A stretch of DNA of 64,000 nucleotides from Betaproteobacteria bacterium (GTDB lineage Bacteria > Pseudomonadota > Gammaproteobacteria > Burkholderiales > Burkholderiaceae_E): contig VGHA01000004.1 of NCBI GenBank assembly GCA_016868375.1, positions 10,081 to 74,080 on the forward strand, read 5' to 3'. The notes beneath the pieces were generated by a model, which was not told the DNA's origin, did no database searches, and worked only from the letters and a program-made list of their open reading frames with translations. The position numbers and the translations under genes are program-made. Positions within the stretch are counted from its first letter, which is position 1. The number at the start of each line of letters is the position of its first letter. Positions 63,301 to 64,000 of the stretch are shown piece by piece.

Positions 63301-64000
63301 ACGCCGATCGCGCCCGCTTCGGCGGTAAAGAGCGTGTCAGCGTCCTTCGAGGGCGCCATCAGGGCGAGCGCGAACTCTGCATCCTGCAGCACAAAGCCGC
63401 GTGCATCAGCATTCGGCGAATCCAGGCCATCGATGACGCCATCGCCATTGCTGTCGGTGAAGTAGCCGCCACCAATGCCTGCAAACGCATTCAACCTGCT
63501 GCCACCCACCGACAGCGTGTCGGCGGTCATGCGCGTGCCGTCGGCAAGCTGCACATTGGTGGAATATTTTTCGAGCGCGAGCGTGCCGCGTGCCTGCACG
63601 AAGCCACCCACCTCCAGTTCAAAGTCGCCCGATGCGCGCAACGACTCGCCGCGTGCGCCGTCCAGCGACAGCTGCGTGGTGCTTCGATAGCCGGTTGCCA
63701 CCGTAAACGGCGACGCCGAGAAATCGACCACCTGCTGATTGGCAAGCGTTCCCGGTGTGATGTTGCGAACCAGGTTCACCGCCACTTCCAGGTCGCGGCC
63801 CGTGGCCGTGATGGTGGGCACACCGACCAGCGCGGCTTCTGCCACGCGCGCCTCAAGCGCCACCCAGGTGCGGCCCGCGTTCAGATTCACGCTGCCCGAC
63901 GCACCGGCCTCGCCCAGCGTGCGCTCAAAGCCCAGCACCAGGCCAAACTCGCCGCCCACCGCCGAGACGCCCAGCGCATCCGGGTTCACTTCATCGTCGA
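27324..64000 (-). CDS. Giant modular surface/adhesin-like protein, partial (at least 12,221 codons; N-terminus beyond the window edge)
   Basis: A single stop-free reading frame runs from the window edge to TGA at 27324-27326. The tracked GTG at 63989 is only the first start-like codon, because the frame stays open upstream (..[10 protein letters not shown]..). Recognisable domain families recur in-frame throughout. Confidence 0.95.
   Translation of the reverse strand, partial: [12224 protein letters not shown]
27546..27779 (-). repeat. Pro/Ala-rich low-complexity linker near the C-terminus of the giant protein
   Basis: Sequence is [56 protein letters not shown]..., followed by a 73-aa non-repetitive tail. 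Confidence 0.8.
28150..36960 (-). repeat. FHA/S-layer-like beta-helix repeat region (about 15 degenerate units of roughly 105 aa, i.e. about 320 nt)
   Basis: The recurrent unit is ..GG.L.V.G.VSG..SDL.V...GA..LG.L.V.G.L...S.GAVTQTGAL.VGG......AG..ITL....N.FGG.V...G..V..RD..AL.L.. . The N(D/R)F(G/D/S)G motif is seen about 15 times. Confidence 0.7.
34640..35490 (-). repeat. Tandem duplicated Ig-like modules inside the beta-helix region
   Basis: There are two copies of a roughly 95-aa unit (P.I.R.D.PA.G.Y.AGR.M.F...F.E...I.TA.G.P.L.L......R.A.Y......S.T.K.FRYTVPA....). They are separated by a second Ig-like unit ([43 protein letters not shown]). Confidence 0.55.
38605..39340 (-). repeat. Two divergent discoidin (F5/8 type C)-like domains
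   Basis: Motifs are ...[30 protein letters not shown]...QIAEAKV and ...[30 protein letters not shown]...QLSEAVL. Confidence 0.55.
41230..47200 (-). repeat. Array of 5 PA14-like domains interleaved with 3 discoidin-like domains and conserved linkers
   Basis: PA14-like cores (..[14 protein letters not shown].L....DDSAELW.D.SG.G....R.A.........W......S......G..YRFE.L.KEG.G.DF..VGY) lie near 46720-47200, 45950-46450, 44740-45215, 43500-43975 and 41720-42230. Discoidin-like units lie near 45450-45860, 44235-44650 and 41230-41640. The supermodule period is about 1.24 kb. Confidence 0.65.
42405..42940 (-). repeat. Asp-box/BNR-like beta-propeller block
   Basis: The block has repeated W..V..S.DG....AA..G.......D.G..W blades (e.g. 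[14 protein letters not shown]). Confidence 0.5.
47215..47480 (-). repeat. Asp-box/BNR-like block
   Basis: The block contains [14 protein letters not shown] ... [14 protein letters not shown]. Confidence 0.55.
47985..48340 (-). repeat. RTX-like (hemolysin-type Ca-binding) glycine-rich nonapeptide block, internal to the protein
   Basis: Sequence is DLGDGNDLF...[20 protein letters not shown]...[38 protein letters not shown]...[12 protein letters not shown]. Confidence 0.7.
54010..55800 (-). repeat. Three tandem discoidin-like domains
   Basis: The units lie near 55385-55800, 54950-55365 and 54010-54430. The first two carry ATKYLN..GP.SG....[17 protein letters not shown].GSN...YKVVFPT.K...H.A.ARLF. 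The third has the ERDP variant. Confidence 0.65.
58560..59035 (-). repeat. Asp-box/BNR-like beta-propeller block
   Basis: Sequence is [47 protein letters not shown]...[14 protein letters not shown]...[19 protein letters not shown]. Confidence 0.5.
59060..60360 (-). repeat. Three tandem discoidin-like domains
   Basis: The units lie near 59950-60360, 59485-59900 and 59060-59475. Each has the ..DG....YLN...GSG....WDP.T..V.GS......YK...F...KG......EA.L pattern. Confidence 0.65.
61385..61715 (-). repeat. Asp-box/BNR-like block
   Basis: The block contains [15 protein letters not shown] ... [13 protein letters not shown] ... [13 protein letters not shown]. Confidence 0.55.
62250..62780 (-). other. 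LamG/concanavalin-A-like lectin domain (Laminin_G_3-like)
   Basis: The segment reads ...[25 protein letters not shown]...[26 protein letters not shown]...[36 protein letters not shown], which is the typical W..V....LY.DG..V....F.G.....A.W...LS..E pattern. Confidence 0.55.
62790..63200 (-). repeat. Discoidin-like domain (most N-terminal copy in the window)
   Basis: Sequence is [29 protein letters not shown]...[21 protein letters not shown]...[13 protein letters not shown]...LHLSEARLF. Confidence 0.65.

Noticed and set aside
27551-63745. Dozens of 60-360-aa ORFs on the plus strand and in other minus frames inside the giant gene (e.g. 28675-29742, 39574-40656, 44259-46019, 60293-60862).
   Set aside because: They overlap a 36.6-kb ORF that carries recognisable domains. 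Their translations are Arg/Pro/Ala-rich nonsense, typical of off-frame and antisense reading of high-GC coding DNA. None has a recognisable motif or ribosome-binding site context.
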